DNA of 64,000 nt from Albugo candida (Eukaryota): assembly GCA_040437565.1 (NCBI GenBank), contig JBDOQK010000067.1, positions 62,001 to 126,000 on the forward strand, given 5' to 3'. The notes under the pieces were generated by a model, which was not told the origin of the DNA, searched no databases, and worked only from the letters and a program-made list of their open reading frames with translations. Shown here in pieces: positions 48,827 through 60,856 of the stretch; the first letter of the stretch is position 1; every line of letters begins with the position of its first letter. The position numbers were made by a program, and so were the translations under genes.

Positions 48827-51800
48827 TCAAGCTGCTCCAGAGAAGAACGATGTGGCTTTCATCAAAGGACTGGAGACGCGCGGGCTGTGATGCTGATGTC
48901 TCTGTGGAGAAATCGCGGTCGCGGGTTTCAGCGTACTGTTCCACGATTGTGGTGTGACATGGAGAGGTTCCGTTTGCCGCATAAAGGAGCGAGTATGACT
49001 CATTCCAGTTGGCATTTGCTGCATGAGAATCATTTGGTATTCGGCATAACACTCGTCACAGACACGAACTGGCTCATTATCATATCCTGTCGCGATCAGC
49101 GTGACACGTCGACTGGAATGTTCTACAGAACATAAATGAGCGGAAAGTTGTAAGAAAAGGAGTATGTACCGTGACAGAATGAGTTCCCACAGAGTCGACA
49201 ATGATGACGCCATACAAACAGATTGAACGCTTCGTGGCATTCGTAACATTCCGAACTGCGTGCCCACTTTGATATTCGAAAGAGTCGCGAAGTATTCATC
49301 GTAGAAGACGNNNNNNNNNNNNNNNNNNNNNNNNNNNNNNNNNNNNNNNNNNNNNNNNNNNNNNNNNNNNNNNNNNNNNNNNNNNNNNNNNNNNNNNNNN
49401 NNNNNNNNNNTGACAGAATGAGTTCCCACAGAGTCGACAATGATGACGCCATACAAACAGATTGAACGCTTCGTGGCATTCGTAACATTCCGAACTGCGT
49501 GCCCACTTTGATATTCGAAAGAGTCGCGAAGTATTCATCGTAGAAGACGGAGAGCAACTGCTCTTCATTGTGTCAATAGCTCGATTATAGCTTGTGATTT
49601 CGCTCAAACGCATGGGAGCATTTGAATCGCAATGAGATGAACGGATCCTTGCTTCATCTAAACATCTTTGCATTTGCGTGCTGGGTTGTGTCCCGATCGC
49701 TATTCTTCTCGGTTTTGTTTCTTCGTCAGTATCTCCGCGTTCTACTTCCAACTCGGCAGAAGGAGCCTGACCGACTGACATGGACGTCGACACGGAAGAC
49801 GTTCGAGTGGGTCGAGAGCTCGCTACCGAATCGATTGAAGGTACTCGACCTCGATACGGTCGATTGTGTAAGGATTGCCGAATGACTTCCATTTGATAAT
49901 GAATTCCCTCTAAGATCTCGGAGGTTCTCTCCGGAGGTACACGAACGTCATCAAAATGCTTGAATCTCCGTTCTGTGTCGAATAAGTTTTGATCATTTCC
50001 GCTCGCTTTTGTCTCATGTTCGTTTTTCGACACTAAATTGAATAGAAATTGTTCTAAAAAATCGCATTTGAATGTCAGATCGTCAATTTTACGACTGAGA
50101 AGCTGAATACCATCCATATCATCCGTTGGATGAGGTCTAGTTTCGCTATGAGTGCTCTCGTTCGCTCTCACATCGATCGCTGGACTTGATTGCTCTGCTA
50201 CTTGAGTCTGACTGATCTTGTAGAAAGAATCCAATTTTCTGCTTTCGTGTGTCAAAGCTTTAGGTGCGTCTTGTTTCAAAAGATTCTTCAATGGGGAGAT
50301 TTCATGCAGGAGGACTTCATTGTGTGGCTCGGAATCGACTCGACTTGTGTCATTACGCGGAGATCTATCTAAACTAGGTGTTTTGCTCACCTGTCGCCAC
50401 CACAATTGAATGAGACGAGCCGCAAAGAATTGTTGAGCGTGGAAACGTTGTGAGTGGCACTCTCTATAGAAGCGCTGGATTTTCAAAGCAGATTTCTCAT
50501 AGAGGATCTGTCGTCGCTTTCTAAGAGTGTTTCGCGAGTGAAAACTTCGAAAGTGCGCCTGAATGACGATGACACTTTGCTGAATGACTGCCGCATGACG
50601 TTCAACTGTGTATCTCCGCCAACATCTCTGTATTTGTACAGCTGCAGCATTCCATACAGTTGCTCGATGACGCTGTACTCGTCGACGAGCGATGCAAACT
50701 CGAAAGAAATTCTGTAATGTGAGTATGCATTTGACTTGAAGACGATAAAGACGTTGTTCACGAGCTTGGCGATAATTCTTTTGTAAGCAAAGCGCTGAGC
50801 TCTTTCGGCACTGTGACCTGATAAACGCGAATTGATCGTACGTTTTCTGGTGACAAAATATCAGCGTACGCCCCAGTTGAACTCCCGCACTGCAACAGTG
50901 AGAATTAAAAGCGGCAATGGAATCATTCACAGAATTTTTGGAGGGATCCTGCTCAAGATTTGCTTGCAAAAGTAACGCTCTACAGATATCCAAACAGCGT
51001 AATTGCATCGTATTGTTGGTACCCACTCTTCCACTCAGTCGATTAATTTTTTTGGTGGATAGAAGCACACAGTGAAACTGTCGGATGAATTCTTTGTGGC
51101 GAATACGAACGGAGAAACCTGCTCGGGCGATTCGAGCCGCTTCAACGACACCTGCACAGCGTAATTGCTCGACCACGCGAATTCGATCCAGATAATTCGG
51201 TTCCTTGCAGTCGTTGGTCTTGATACAGCGAATGTAATGAGCTTCTGTTTTAGCAATTTCAACCAAAAGAGAGTNNNNNNNNNNNNNNNNNNNNNNNNNN
51301 NNNNNNNNNNNNNNNNNNNNNNNNNNNNNNNNNNNNNNNNNNNNNNNNNNNNNNNNNNNNNNNNNNNNNNNNNNTCTATAGAAGCGCTGGATTTTCAAAG
51401 CAGATTTCTCATAGAGGATCTGTCGTCGCTTTCTAAGAGTATTTCGCGAGTGAAAACTTCGAAAGTGCGCCTGAATGACGATGACACTTTGCTGAATGAC
51501 TGTCGCATGACGTTCAACTGCGTATCTCCGCCAACATCTCTGTATTCGTGCAGCTGCAGCATTCCATACAGTTGCTCGATGACGCTGTACTCGTCGACGA
51601 GCGATGCAAACTCGAAAGAAATTCTGTAATGTGAGTATGCATTTGACTTGAAGACGATAAAGACGTTGTTCGCGAGCTTGGCGAAAATTCTTTTGTAAGC
51701 AAAGCGCTGAGCTCTCTCGGCACTGTAACCTGATAAACGCGAATTGATCGTACGTTTTCTGGTGACAAAATATCAGTGTACGCCCCAGTTGAACTCCCGC

Positions 51801-54272
51801 ACTGCAGCAGTGAGAATTAAAAGCGGCAATGGAATCATTCACAGAATCTTTGGAAGGATCGTGCTGAAGATTTGCTTGCAAAAGTAACGCTCTACAGATA
51901 TCCAAACAGCGTAATTGCATCGTATTGCTGGTAGCCAGCACCAAAGCTCTTCCACTCAGTCGACCGATTTTTTTGGTGGATAGAAGCACACAGTGAAACT
52001 GTCGGATGAATTCTTTGTGGCGAATACGAACGGAGAAACCTGCTCGGGCGATTCGAGCCGCTTCAACGACACCTGCACAGCGTAATTGCTCGACCACACG
52101 AATTCGATCCAGATAATTCGGTTCCTTGTAGTCGTTGGTCTTGATACAGCGAATGTAATGAGCTTCTGTTTTAGCAATTTCAACCAAAAGAGAGTCCAAT
52201 TGATACCGAAATTGAGCTGATAGACTCGCAACGGAGACAGTGGAATTCCGTCGATATCTTCCGGTACTTGACGGTTTCTTCAAAGGGGTATGAGCCAGGA
52301 CTTGTGTGCTTTGGGAGAGTGTTCCGCTGCCTTTGAATGCGTCCAAGCGGCCATCTTCATCAATCCTTCCTTTCGATCCGATAAAAGCGAGGATCTCGTT
52401 GGAAGACTGTTGAAATAATTGCTGGGCATTCAATGGAAGTGTATCCATATTTTTCTCCAGAAATCGATCCAAATCGTAACGAACGTGACCGGCAAAATGT
52501 TTGATCACAAACTGAAAACGGCTTTGTTCGATATTTCCGGCACTAAAGCATACATTCGCCAAGACGCTATCGAGTCGGCTGCATCCTCTCTTCACGTACA
52601 CGCGATACAGTTTGGTAATAAGCGCTTCATTGCATCCTTTTGGTAGCATGCATTCCTGATTGAGAAGGGAGAAGAATCCTTGTGTGCGATCGTCAAAGAA
52701 GGAGAGGCAATTGAGATTGTCCGAGTATTCAATCTCCTTCCATACAATTTCTTCGTCTCGGTACATTTGCTGCTCCTTTTGAAAAACGCACTCATTGAAT
52801 TGTGCTTGAATCCTTTCGTTCGCATAATTGATAAAAAGCTGCTCGAAACCATTCTGCTCGACATTTTCGAATCCAAAGATATCGAGAATTCCGATGCAGA
52901 GAAGCGAACCACGAGGTTGTGACTCTGAGCCAGCATCGATCGTGGTGTTGAGACGCTGAACAAGCCATTCGAATAAGCCGCAATATATGAATTTGGCAAG
53001 AGACTGACATACTTCTGCTGCTTGAGTCGGGCTTACATCCAAATGCACCGTTTCCACGCCTGCCTGGATTTTCTTCGTAATTATGAGCGTTGTGAGCGAT
53101 TCGACCGGTAACTTGAGCAAATCAGAAGCTTTTGCTAGGTGTTCCTTACACGTTTCTTCCACCACGATGTTTCGATCTGTGGATGCGAATCGCACGTTCC
53201 CGAGATGCAACACGGCTCCAAGAAGACTGAATAGATCATCTCTTTCTGACTGGAGCGTCCCGATATCGTTTAGAGCTTGTATGGTTTTCTCGTAGCGACA
53301 CTTGTACGTATTCTGTTGTGTCATCGTGAATCGCGCCAGTTGTGGGAGGAAATGGAAGGAAATGTGACCAGCTAAGAGACGATTTTTAGTCTCTTCCGAT
53401 GCTCCAAAATAAAGCTCATAAAAAATGTGAAAGTTCTGTTCACATGGCGCCTGATGAATCAAACGGACTTTCTCCAAAAGATACGATGCGACTCGAGCTC
53501 CGATTAGAATATGTGACGTTGCATTGAATTGCAAAGTTGTGAATTTGCCAAATCGACTGCTGTTATCGTTGCGTATTGTTTGTGCGTTTCCAAATGATTC
53601 CAAAATTGGATTTGTTTGTAATATATATTTTCCGATCTTTGCACTTTTTTCATTCCCGAAAGCCAACGTCTCTTGTGTTGCGGTGAAGAAATGGAGCAGA
53701 TATTTGGCAGTCTCTGTCTTTCCTGCTCCACTTTCTCCACTTACAAGAATTGACTGATTGCATCGATTCTTTCTCATCCTCTCAAATGTTCTCCTTCCAA
53801 CAGCAAATACATGAGGTCGTCGAGACAGAGGACGTTCGCTTTGTATACTTGGGTCATATAAGGAAAGCTGAGAAGACGAATAAAGATTGTCGATGGTTTT
53901 GAACGGGTTAAGTGCCACCAGTATCTCTCCAAGAAATGTATAAATCTGATCGCGTTGGTACCGCCGATGTAGTACATGAAGGATCGATGGCTCGTGAAGA
54001 TGAGGTAATTCTGTAAGACAATGCAGTGATCCGACATTGTCGATGTTGTTGCATAGAAACCATTGACGTAAGCGACCTTGACTCTGTAGCGAGCTCATCG
54101 ACGAACCGACATTTTTCGATTTCTTCCACAGCGAAAGTATTTTTACTTCGCCGTTTTGGATTAGCTGAACGTGAATTGATTCCTTTGTGTCGTGTGCCTG
54201 ATGGCTCAGAACAATTGCTGCGGTCCATACTTGCGATTCGCACGGGATCCAAATGTGCGTACCAGCTTCCAT
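48827..54272 (-). CDS. Myosin (motor + IQ repeats + C-terminal FYVE domain)
   Basis: GESGAGKT, NDNSSRFGK, LDIFGFE, IQ repeats, and FYVE W...ECYECHEAFNLFVWRHHCRLCGNSFC|H...VRVCDEC. An 812-bp internal duplication across the gap inflates the ORF-track length. Confidence 0.93.
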
Positions 54273-54549
54273 TCGAGAATTCGGCCCACACATACGTACA
54301 AAACCGGTTCAACCAGCCTCTTTTTTCTGATATTAGCGTATAATCCAGTTGGAAATTGTGCGATAAGCATCCAGTCAATATGAATTGGCATCTGTTTTTC
54401 CCTGATATCTAAAATTGCTTGGACAAAATATTGACAATTAGCATCCAGTACTTTTGGGTAAGTTCCGATCGTTGGCTGGAGGCTTGTGATGTTTAACAAG
54501 CCATTTCACGCTCTCATCTGTGGTTGGACGCGGTCGATTTTAAATGCCA

Positions 54550-55260
54550 CTACCCGTAAAACGACGAGATTTGGGATAGAATCTCCGAGTCCGATAATAA
54601 TTGGCTCTGGCTCTCACTCAGAAGCCCCGAAGGAATCGGAAAGAGCATTTTGTTGGTCTCAAAAGTATCGCCAATGTTTTCAGGTCTTAAACGATTCTCT
54701 TCAAAAGCATTGGCATCCAGGCATTCATCGAATGACGCACCTGGAAACGTACTTGGAGCAAAGGACCAGTCTTCATCTTGATCTGTGACAAAAGAAACCG
54801 GCATGCTGGGGGTCGGTGCGACAATAATATGACATCCTTCCATCTTTCCAGTCGTATGTATTTGAAATTGTATTTCCAACGGACCGAAATGAGAATCAAA
54901 TGACACCAATGGCCACTGTAATTCCGACTTGGACGGCTTTATCGCATCCATTCTCTTCCCCAATTCCTCTGTGAAGCATTTTAATAAAAGCTCGGGTCTT
55001 GACGCTCTCCGAAAGACTGAATGACAGTATAAATCGTCTCTTGTCGTCGTGTCCTTTGTGTGTGTAAAACGAAACTTGCTCAAAACCCGATCCAATACTC
55101 GGAAGGAAACCTGTAAAAGGCGCTGTAATTGAGGCCGACGGCGATACAAAAGGCGAACTGTATGCCCATCTTCTGTCCAGCGTAGCACGGTCGCATCCAC
55201 TGAGCTCTCCAGAATGAAATGCAGCTTTTGTATTACTTGGAAATCTCTTTCCTGTGCCAT
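54550..55260 (-). CDS. Divergent HSF-type DNA-binding-domain protein
   Basis: FQVIQKLHFILE...VLRWTEDGHT...LSKFRFTH...YCHSVFRRASRPELL parallels the HSF DBD pattern (F..KL..ml...I.W...G..F...L..YgF....f.h..F.R..p.lL). The C-terminus is acidic. Confidence 0.55.
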   Translation of the reverse strand: MAQERDFQVIQKLHFILESSVDATVLRWTEDGHTVRLLYRRRPQLQRLLQVSFRVLDRVLSKFRFTHTKDTTTRDDLYCHSVFRRASRPELLLKCFTEELGKRMDAIKPSKSELQWPLVSFDSHFGPLEIQFQIHTTGKMEGCHIIVAPTPSMPVSFVTDQDEDWSFAPSTFPGASFDECLDANAFEENRLRPENIGDTFETNKMLFPIPSGLLSESQSQLLSDSEILSQISSFYG

Positions 55261-56340
55261 TCTTTGCGGTACAAAGTAGCTCCTCTTTTTCAAAGCGGTG
55301 TGAATAGCTTAAGAGCATACCTTTTGATCTCAGCATCCGATCGATCCATAGCCAAATGAAGCGCATCATCTGCAAGTACGGTCACAATTGTTAGCGACTG
55401 TCCCTTTCCACCGCAAACGCCATTCTTTGACGCATTTTGGACGCTTTCTAATGCTTTGGTGCATATAAAATCACTCTGTTGAGTTACCTTTGGCTACATT
55501 CGTGCAAGAGTGAATGCGGTCGGTACGAATTATCAACTTACGTGTTTGGCGTGTGTCTTTTCCTCGACGCAGCTCTTGTGCGCATTGAGTAGACATGTGG
55601 TGCGTAGTTGTAATCCGTTGATCTCGTTTTGAGTACGCTTTTGCGGATTTCAGAGAGCTTTCATAATGCAAGAGTGAATGCGCATTACCTCTTCCGCCNN
55701 NNNNNNNNNNNNNNNNNNNNNNNNNNNNNNNNNNNNNNNNNNNNNNNNNNNNNNNNNNNNNNNNNNNNNNNNNNNNNNNNNNNNNNNNNNNNNNNNNNAA
55801 TCACTCTGTTGAGTTACCTTTGGCTACATTCGTGCAAGAGTGAATGCGGTCGGTACGAATTATCAACTTACGTGTTTGGCGTGTGTCTTTTCCTCGACGC
55901 AGCTCTTGTGCGCATTGAGTAGACATGTGGTGCGTAGTTGTAATCCGTTGATCTCGTTTTGAGTACGCTTTTGCGGATTTCAGAGAGCTTTCATAATGCA
56001 AGAGTGAATGCGCATTACCTCTTCCGCCTCTTTTAGCGCGCGACATGAAGTCAACTTCAAGTGATGAATTCATTGAATTGCCGCAATTCATTGATTTGAC
56101 AGCCTAAAATCATTGGCTCTAACGCATTTGTCATTTTGCAGCGAGCGAAGCGGATGAAAGCTTAAAGACGCTGCAAAGCGTTTGCTCCAATCTCTTGCTT
56201 CCCCTCACGCAATCCGACATATACCAAGAGATAACTCTGAATTCTGCGTGTGTAGGGACATTGCGTTCCGATTGCATTTGATCCCAAGAAATGAAGTCAA
56301 CATACTCCCTTTGCTATTTTCATAATAATATATCATTTCG

Positions 56341-58111
56341 CTACCCCGACACCGAATCTAATCGTTCAGAATCCTCCAAACTCCCTTTTTCGGCCGAGTC
56401 ACTGAACTGCTTTAACACTTTGGTGTTATATGAATTGCACTTTTCCTGTTGACATTTGTGGTACACAAAATGGTATTTCGTGATAGAACGACACTCACAG
56501 TCGCTGCAGTAAATCAGAGATCGGACATTAGCGTACTCTATCGGCATTTGCTCGCGCTCCATCAACTCGTCAATACTCGCGAAATAAAGCTCCATGTCAC
56601 CCAGCGATTTCGAGCACAACGGGCACACATAATTTGACTAAGATAAAGTAAGGACCTCTCCGATTCAAAAAGTGATTTCCGTACCAGCGTGTATTCCTCG
56701 TAGCAAGTCACATGCATACAGTGGCCGCAGGGAAGGAACATCACCGGTGTTGTCGATGTGAACATGAATGTGTGACAAATCGGACAATCGGACTCTAACG
56801 AGCGCTCGACACATTTATGTTTCTTCAGACTGATGCTCATACACGCATTACATCGATCACAATGAAAGTAGTCAATGTCCAATCCTTTCCCAATTCGACA
56901 AATTTTGCATTTGTCGCAGTGATAAATAGCTTTTTTGGCGTCGTCATCGTAAAATTTACAAATACTGCAAAAGTATTGTGCGAATTCGACGCCACAAAAG
57001 CTATCAACACATCGATTTGTGACCGGCTGTCACACATTCAGTCATAACAGGTGATGGAGTTCGCGATGAAGCAAAAAACCGACCTGGATTGTGTTACAAG
57101 ACATACACGAGACCTCTTCTGTCGCGTATCGATCGATACTGTGTGTCTCGTTCTCATCGTGACAAAAGCGGCATGTGTACCAATTGCCACAACACTTAGC
57201 CCGAAGCTTGCAACGACGTCTACATTGATCGTAGTGAGCAGATGACGAGCGGGATTTATTTGACGTACTGGTAGTGCTGGCAGCCTAGAATAGACTTGAG
57301 CTCGTCCTTGAGCATCAGGATGAGCATGAGATTGGATCAAAATGGAGGATGAGACGAACATGGTGGGTTGGCTGAAGACGCTCGGTCTCGTTGTCACAGG
57401 AGCCTTTGACTGCACTGATTTTTTGACGAGAATCGTTCCACTGNNNNNNNNNNNNNNNNNNNNNNNNNNNNNNNNNNNNNNNNNNNNNNNNNNNNNNNNN
57501 NNNNNNNNNNNNNNNNNNNNNNNNNNNNNNNNNNNNNNNNNNNTACAAGACATACACGAGACCTCTTCTGTCGCGTATCGATCGATACTGTGTGTCTCGT
57601 TCTCATCGTGACAAAAGCGGCATGTGTACCAATTGCCACAACACTTAGCCCGAAGCTTGCAACGACGTCTACATTGATCGTAGTGAGCAGATGACGAGCG
57701 GGATTTATTTGACGTACTGGTAGTGCTGGCAGCCTAGAATAGACTTGAGCTCGTCCTTGAGCATCAGGATGAGCATGAGATTGGATCAAAATGGAGGATG
57801 AGACGAACATGGTGGGTTGGCTGAAGACGCTCGGTCTCGTTGTCACAGGAGCCTTTGACTGCACTGATTTTTTGACGAGAATCGTTCCACTGCTTCATCA
57901 TCAGTCCTTGAACGAGTTCGGCCTTATCTTTTGGAGTCAAAGACGTACGAGCTTGTACTTGGCGGATCTGAGCCTTTAGCATTTCCTGAGCATTTTGATC
58001 GTGATGCAGAGGAGATGGTAGCGAGCTTGGTCGAACTATTGATCCTTGATGATTCTCTTCTCCCCCTAGAGAGTCTCCAAGAGCACGTTCAAGGCTACAG
58101 CATCGGAACAC
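56341..58111 (-). CDS. RCHY1: CHY/CTCHY zinc finger + RING E3 ligase, RCHY1/Pirh2-like (multi-exon; start uncertain)
   Basis: CKLRAKCCGNWYTCRFCHD, YFCSICKFYDD, YHCDKCKICRIG, CPICHTFMFTS...LPCGHCMH, CPLCSKS and IYCSDC...YHFVYHKC...SYNT. Confidence 0.9.
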
Positions 58112-58825
58112 GTTACTTGACTACAAAGACCGAAGTCATGTCATCCACCTTTGCAACATCTTGCGCGCAAAAGTCTTCTTTAGTCAGAAGACAATTCCTC
58201 CCTATGCGTTATTGGGCGGCTTTGCCGCGTTGCTTGTCCTAAATATAACACTATCTATTTCTATGTCCAGAAGCGTATTATGGAGCGCATTATCGTACAA
58301 AATGTTGCATTTGTGCGCTTTTGGGCTCAAGAGCGAGTCCGACCGCAATGGGAAGTGTTCACGGATTAGAAAGAGNNNNNNNNNNNNNNNNNNNNNNNNN
58401 NNNNNNNNNNNNNNNNNNNNNNNNNNNNNNNNNNNNNNNNNNNNNNNNNNNNNNNNNNNNNNNNNNNNNNNNNNNAAAATGTTGCATTTGTGCGCTTTTG
58501 GGCTCAAGAGCGAGTCCGACCGCAATGGGAAGTGTTCACGGATTAGAAAGAGCGTACAATGCAGCCGATGCTGAGTTTTGGATGGTGTCACAGGTGGAAG
58601 ACCCGTGTGTAGCAGTTTCTTTGTGGATAGCGAATTGCACTAGTTCATTTTACAGCAGCGAAATTATTTGCCACGTATCGTAAGGACCTCTTCTCCCGTT
58701 GAGTATATCGTGACGTAATTCTCATGCTACTCTGAATCACACGATGGTGATTTTAATATTTCCACGTGGCCTCTGGCGTATGCGTTCATCATGCATTGTT
58801 TATTTTCTTAACACGTGCTAACGCC

Positions 58826-59617
58826 ATGCAGACGAATCGCATGTTTTTTTTTTTTTTTATGTGTGGCTGCTTGACGCTCTCACTTGAAGCGATGGTAACC
58901 CGCACGAGTAAGCGTCCGGTTGAGACAGCTACAGATACGACTACAATATTACAGGGTAAGAGACATGAATACTTTTCACTAACAAAGTCAAAGAATGAGG
59001 AAGGAAGCAGTGAAACAAATAGTGAGCGAACTACTAAAGGTTCGTCTAAGGAAAACACTCCTGGATATCAAATCAAGTCAAAAGATGAACGGGGAGGGGT
59101 GCTATCTCATACAAAGCCACAATTGCCGTCAACAGGTAAATTGGTTTCAGTTGAGGTGGGAACAAGTACACGTGGCAAATATAAAGTCGGGACTTTGCGA
59201 GATGACCCGGGGACTAAGGGTTTACCGAGACCACCATTATACCAAACGTACTTAAATGGACAATCCTCTAGCCCCCCTGGAAATGTGCACGGGCTATTGT
59301 ACAGCGACCGCAACAAACTGAAAGTGACAGGAGATCGATTTGGGATACCACCGAATTCTCCATCTTCACACGAGAAGAAGATACTAGTAGCACGTCCAAA
59401 ACCAACGAAATCAACAACATCAAAAGGTGTCTCCTGGTTGAAGGGTCTGTTCAAGAAAACACCATCGACGAATAAACAACCACGCCCTGTAATGCCGATA
59501 GACATTAATAGAATCCGTCCCGGAGATGATCCGGTTACACGTGCAGCAGTTGATGCTAAAATGATGGAATTCCATGATATAATTGCACAGCGGGGGCAAA
59601 AAGGAGGACACGTGTGA
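58826..59617 (+). CDS. Secreted Lys/Pro/Ser-rich protein (263 aa), candidate effector
   Basis: Signal peptide MQTNRMFFFFFMCGCLTLSLEA. Intronless 792-bp ORF in a gene-sparse region, with KDER and an amphipathic VSWLKGLFKK segment. Confidence 0.7.
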   Translation: MQTNRMFFFFFMCGCLTLSLEAMVTRTSKRPVETATDTTTILQGKRHEYFSLTKSKNEEGSSETNSERTTKGSSKENTPGYQIKSKDERGGVLSHTKPQLPSTGKLVSVEVGTSTRGKYKVGTLRDDPGTKGLPRPPLYQTYLNGQSSSPPGNVHGLLYSDRNKLKVTGDRFGIPPNSPSSHEKKILVARPKPTKSTTSKGVSWLKGLFKKTPSTNKQPRPVMPIDINRIRPGDDPVTRAAVDAKMMEFHDIIAQRGQKGGHV

Positions 59618-60664
59618 GAGTTGGTGTCTATAAGTAGGACAGAATTCGATACAGATGCTATAGGCTGATTACATATGTGATGCTGCTTTTATAGCGAAAT
59701 TNNNNNNNNNNNNNNNNNNNNNNNNNNNNNNNNNNNNNNNNNNNNNNNNNNNNNNNNNNNNNNNNNNNNNNNNNNNNNNNNNNNNNNNNNNNNNNNNNNN
59801 NACGTGCAGCAGTTGATGCTAAAATGATGGAATTCCATGATATAATTGCACAGCGGGGGCAAAAAGGAGGACACGTGTGAGAGTTGGTGTCTATAAGTAG
59901 GACAGAATTCGATACAGATGCTATAGGCTGATTACATATGTGATGCTGCTTTTATAGCGAAATTTAACAATCTAAAGTTACGACTTCTAGTATCCCTTTT
60001 TAACAGCAACTTTTGAAACGCATGATCAGTGTTGCAGTGCGTGGTTGAATTTCAATTGTTTGTCAAGTGCACAGGTGAAATCAGAGGCATTCCGGGTGAC
60101 CTAAAAACTCTTTTCTCCGCACGCCAGTGTCAGTGATATAATATAGCCAGATGTCCTTGATACGATAGAATGATCATCTTGTTGTATCACACGTCGGCGA
60201 GGGCACTGAGATGAAGAAATTGCATAATCATAATTGCTCCGCAGAATCTGTGAGCGAATTTTTCACATTGTCACTCAGATGCGAATGTATAAGCTTCACA
60301 ATGGAAAATGTATAGGCTTCTAGTGCGATGTCGAAGAAGACGGTGATGTAAAGGAATGAGGTGGGTCCGTTCTGATAATCAAGGGAGAAATGTTGTATGT
60401 TCAATGGATATAGAGACCACCCGTGTTTTATGAACACGGGTCTTCCTCAAAGACATGTATATAGTGACCGAAATTTGTATTGAACCAAAGTACTGATGTC
60501 TTTTCAATTGTGCCTTCATCAACAGGCTACCACTTCAAAGAGCGAAATAATTCAGAGCACTGAGGGACCACCACGTGTCCCTTGTTCCTTATTTCTTGCT
60601 GCACTGTTTTCATTTTACCTTTTACTTTGCAACTTCAAGTACACTTCACGACAACATACGCAAA

Positions 60665-60856
60665 ATGGAATTCAATTTGCACTTTCGACACAAATTCGTG
60701 ATTATAATGGGTTTTCTAGCAACGATGCTATGCGGCTGCTTTATGAACTCGCTCGACGGTCTAGTGAGGTCAGTGGATAGCATCTCTACCAAGCATATGT
60801 TACGAAGTCTTGGATCCATAGGATCCCTGGACGGATCCGGATTGGTTCAAGGATAA
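60665..60856 (+). CDS. Very small secreted peptide (63 aa) with HMLRSLGS motif
   Basis: Hydrophobic FVIIMGFLATMLCGC. INR-like TCATTTTACCTTTT about 55 nt upstream and AAAATGG start context. Confidence 0.45.
   Translation: MEFNLHFRHKFVIIMGFLATMLCGCFMNSLDGLVRSVDSISTKHMLRSLGSIGSLDGSGLVQG

Noticed and set aside
60809-60845. GGATCC-rich stretch similar to the hAT MITE interior
   Set aside because: No TAGGG TIRs or TSD; explained by Gly-Ser codons of the small peptide.
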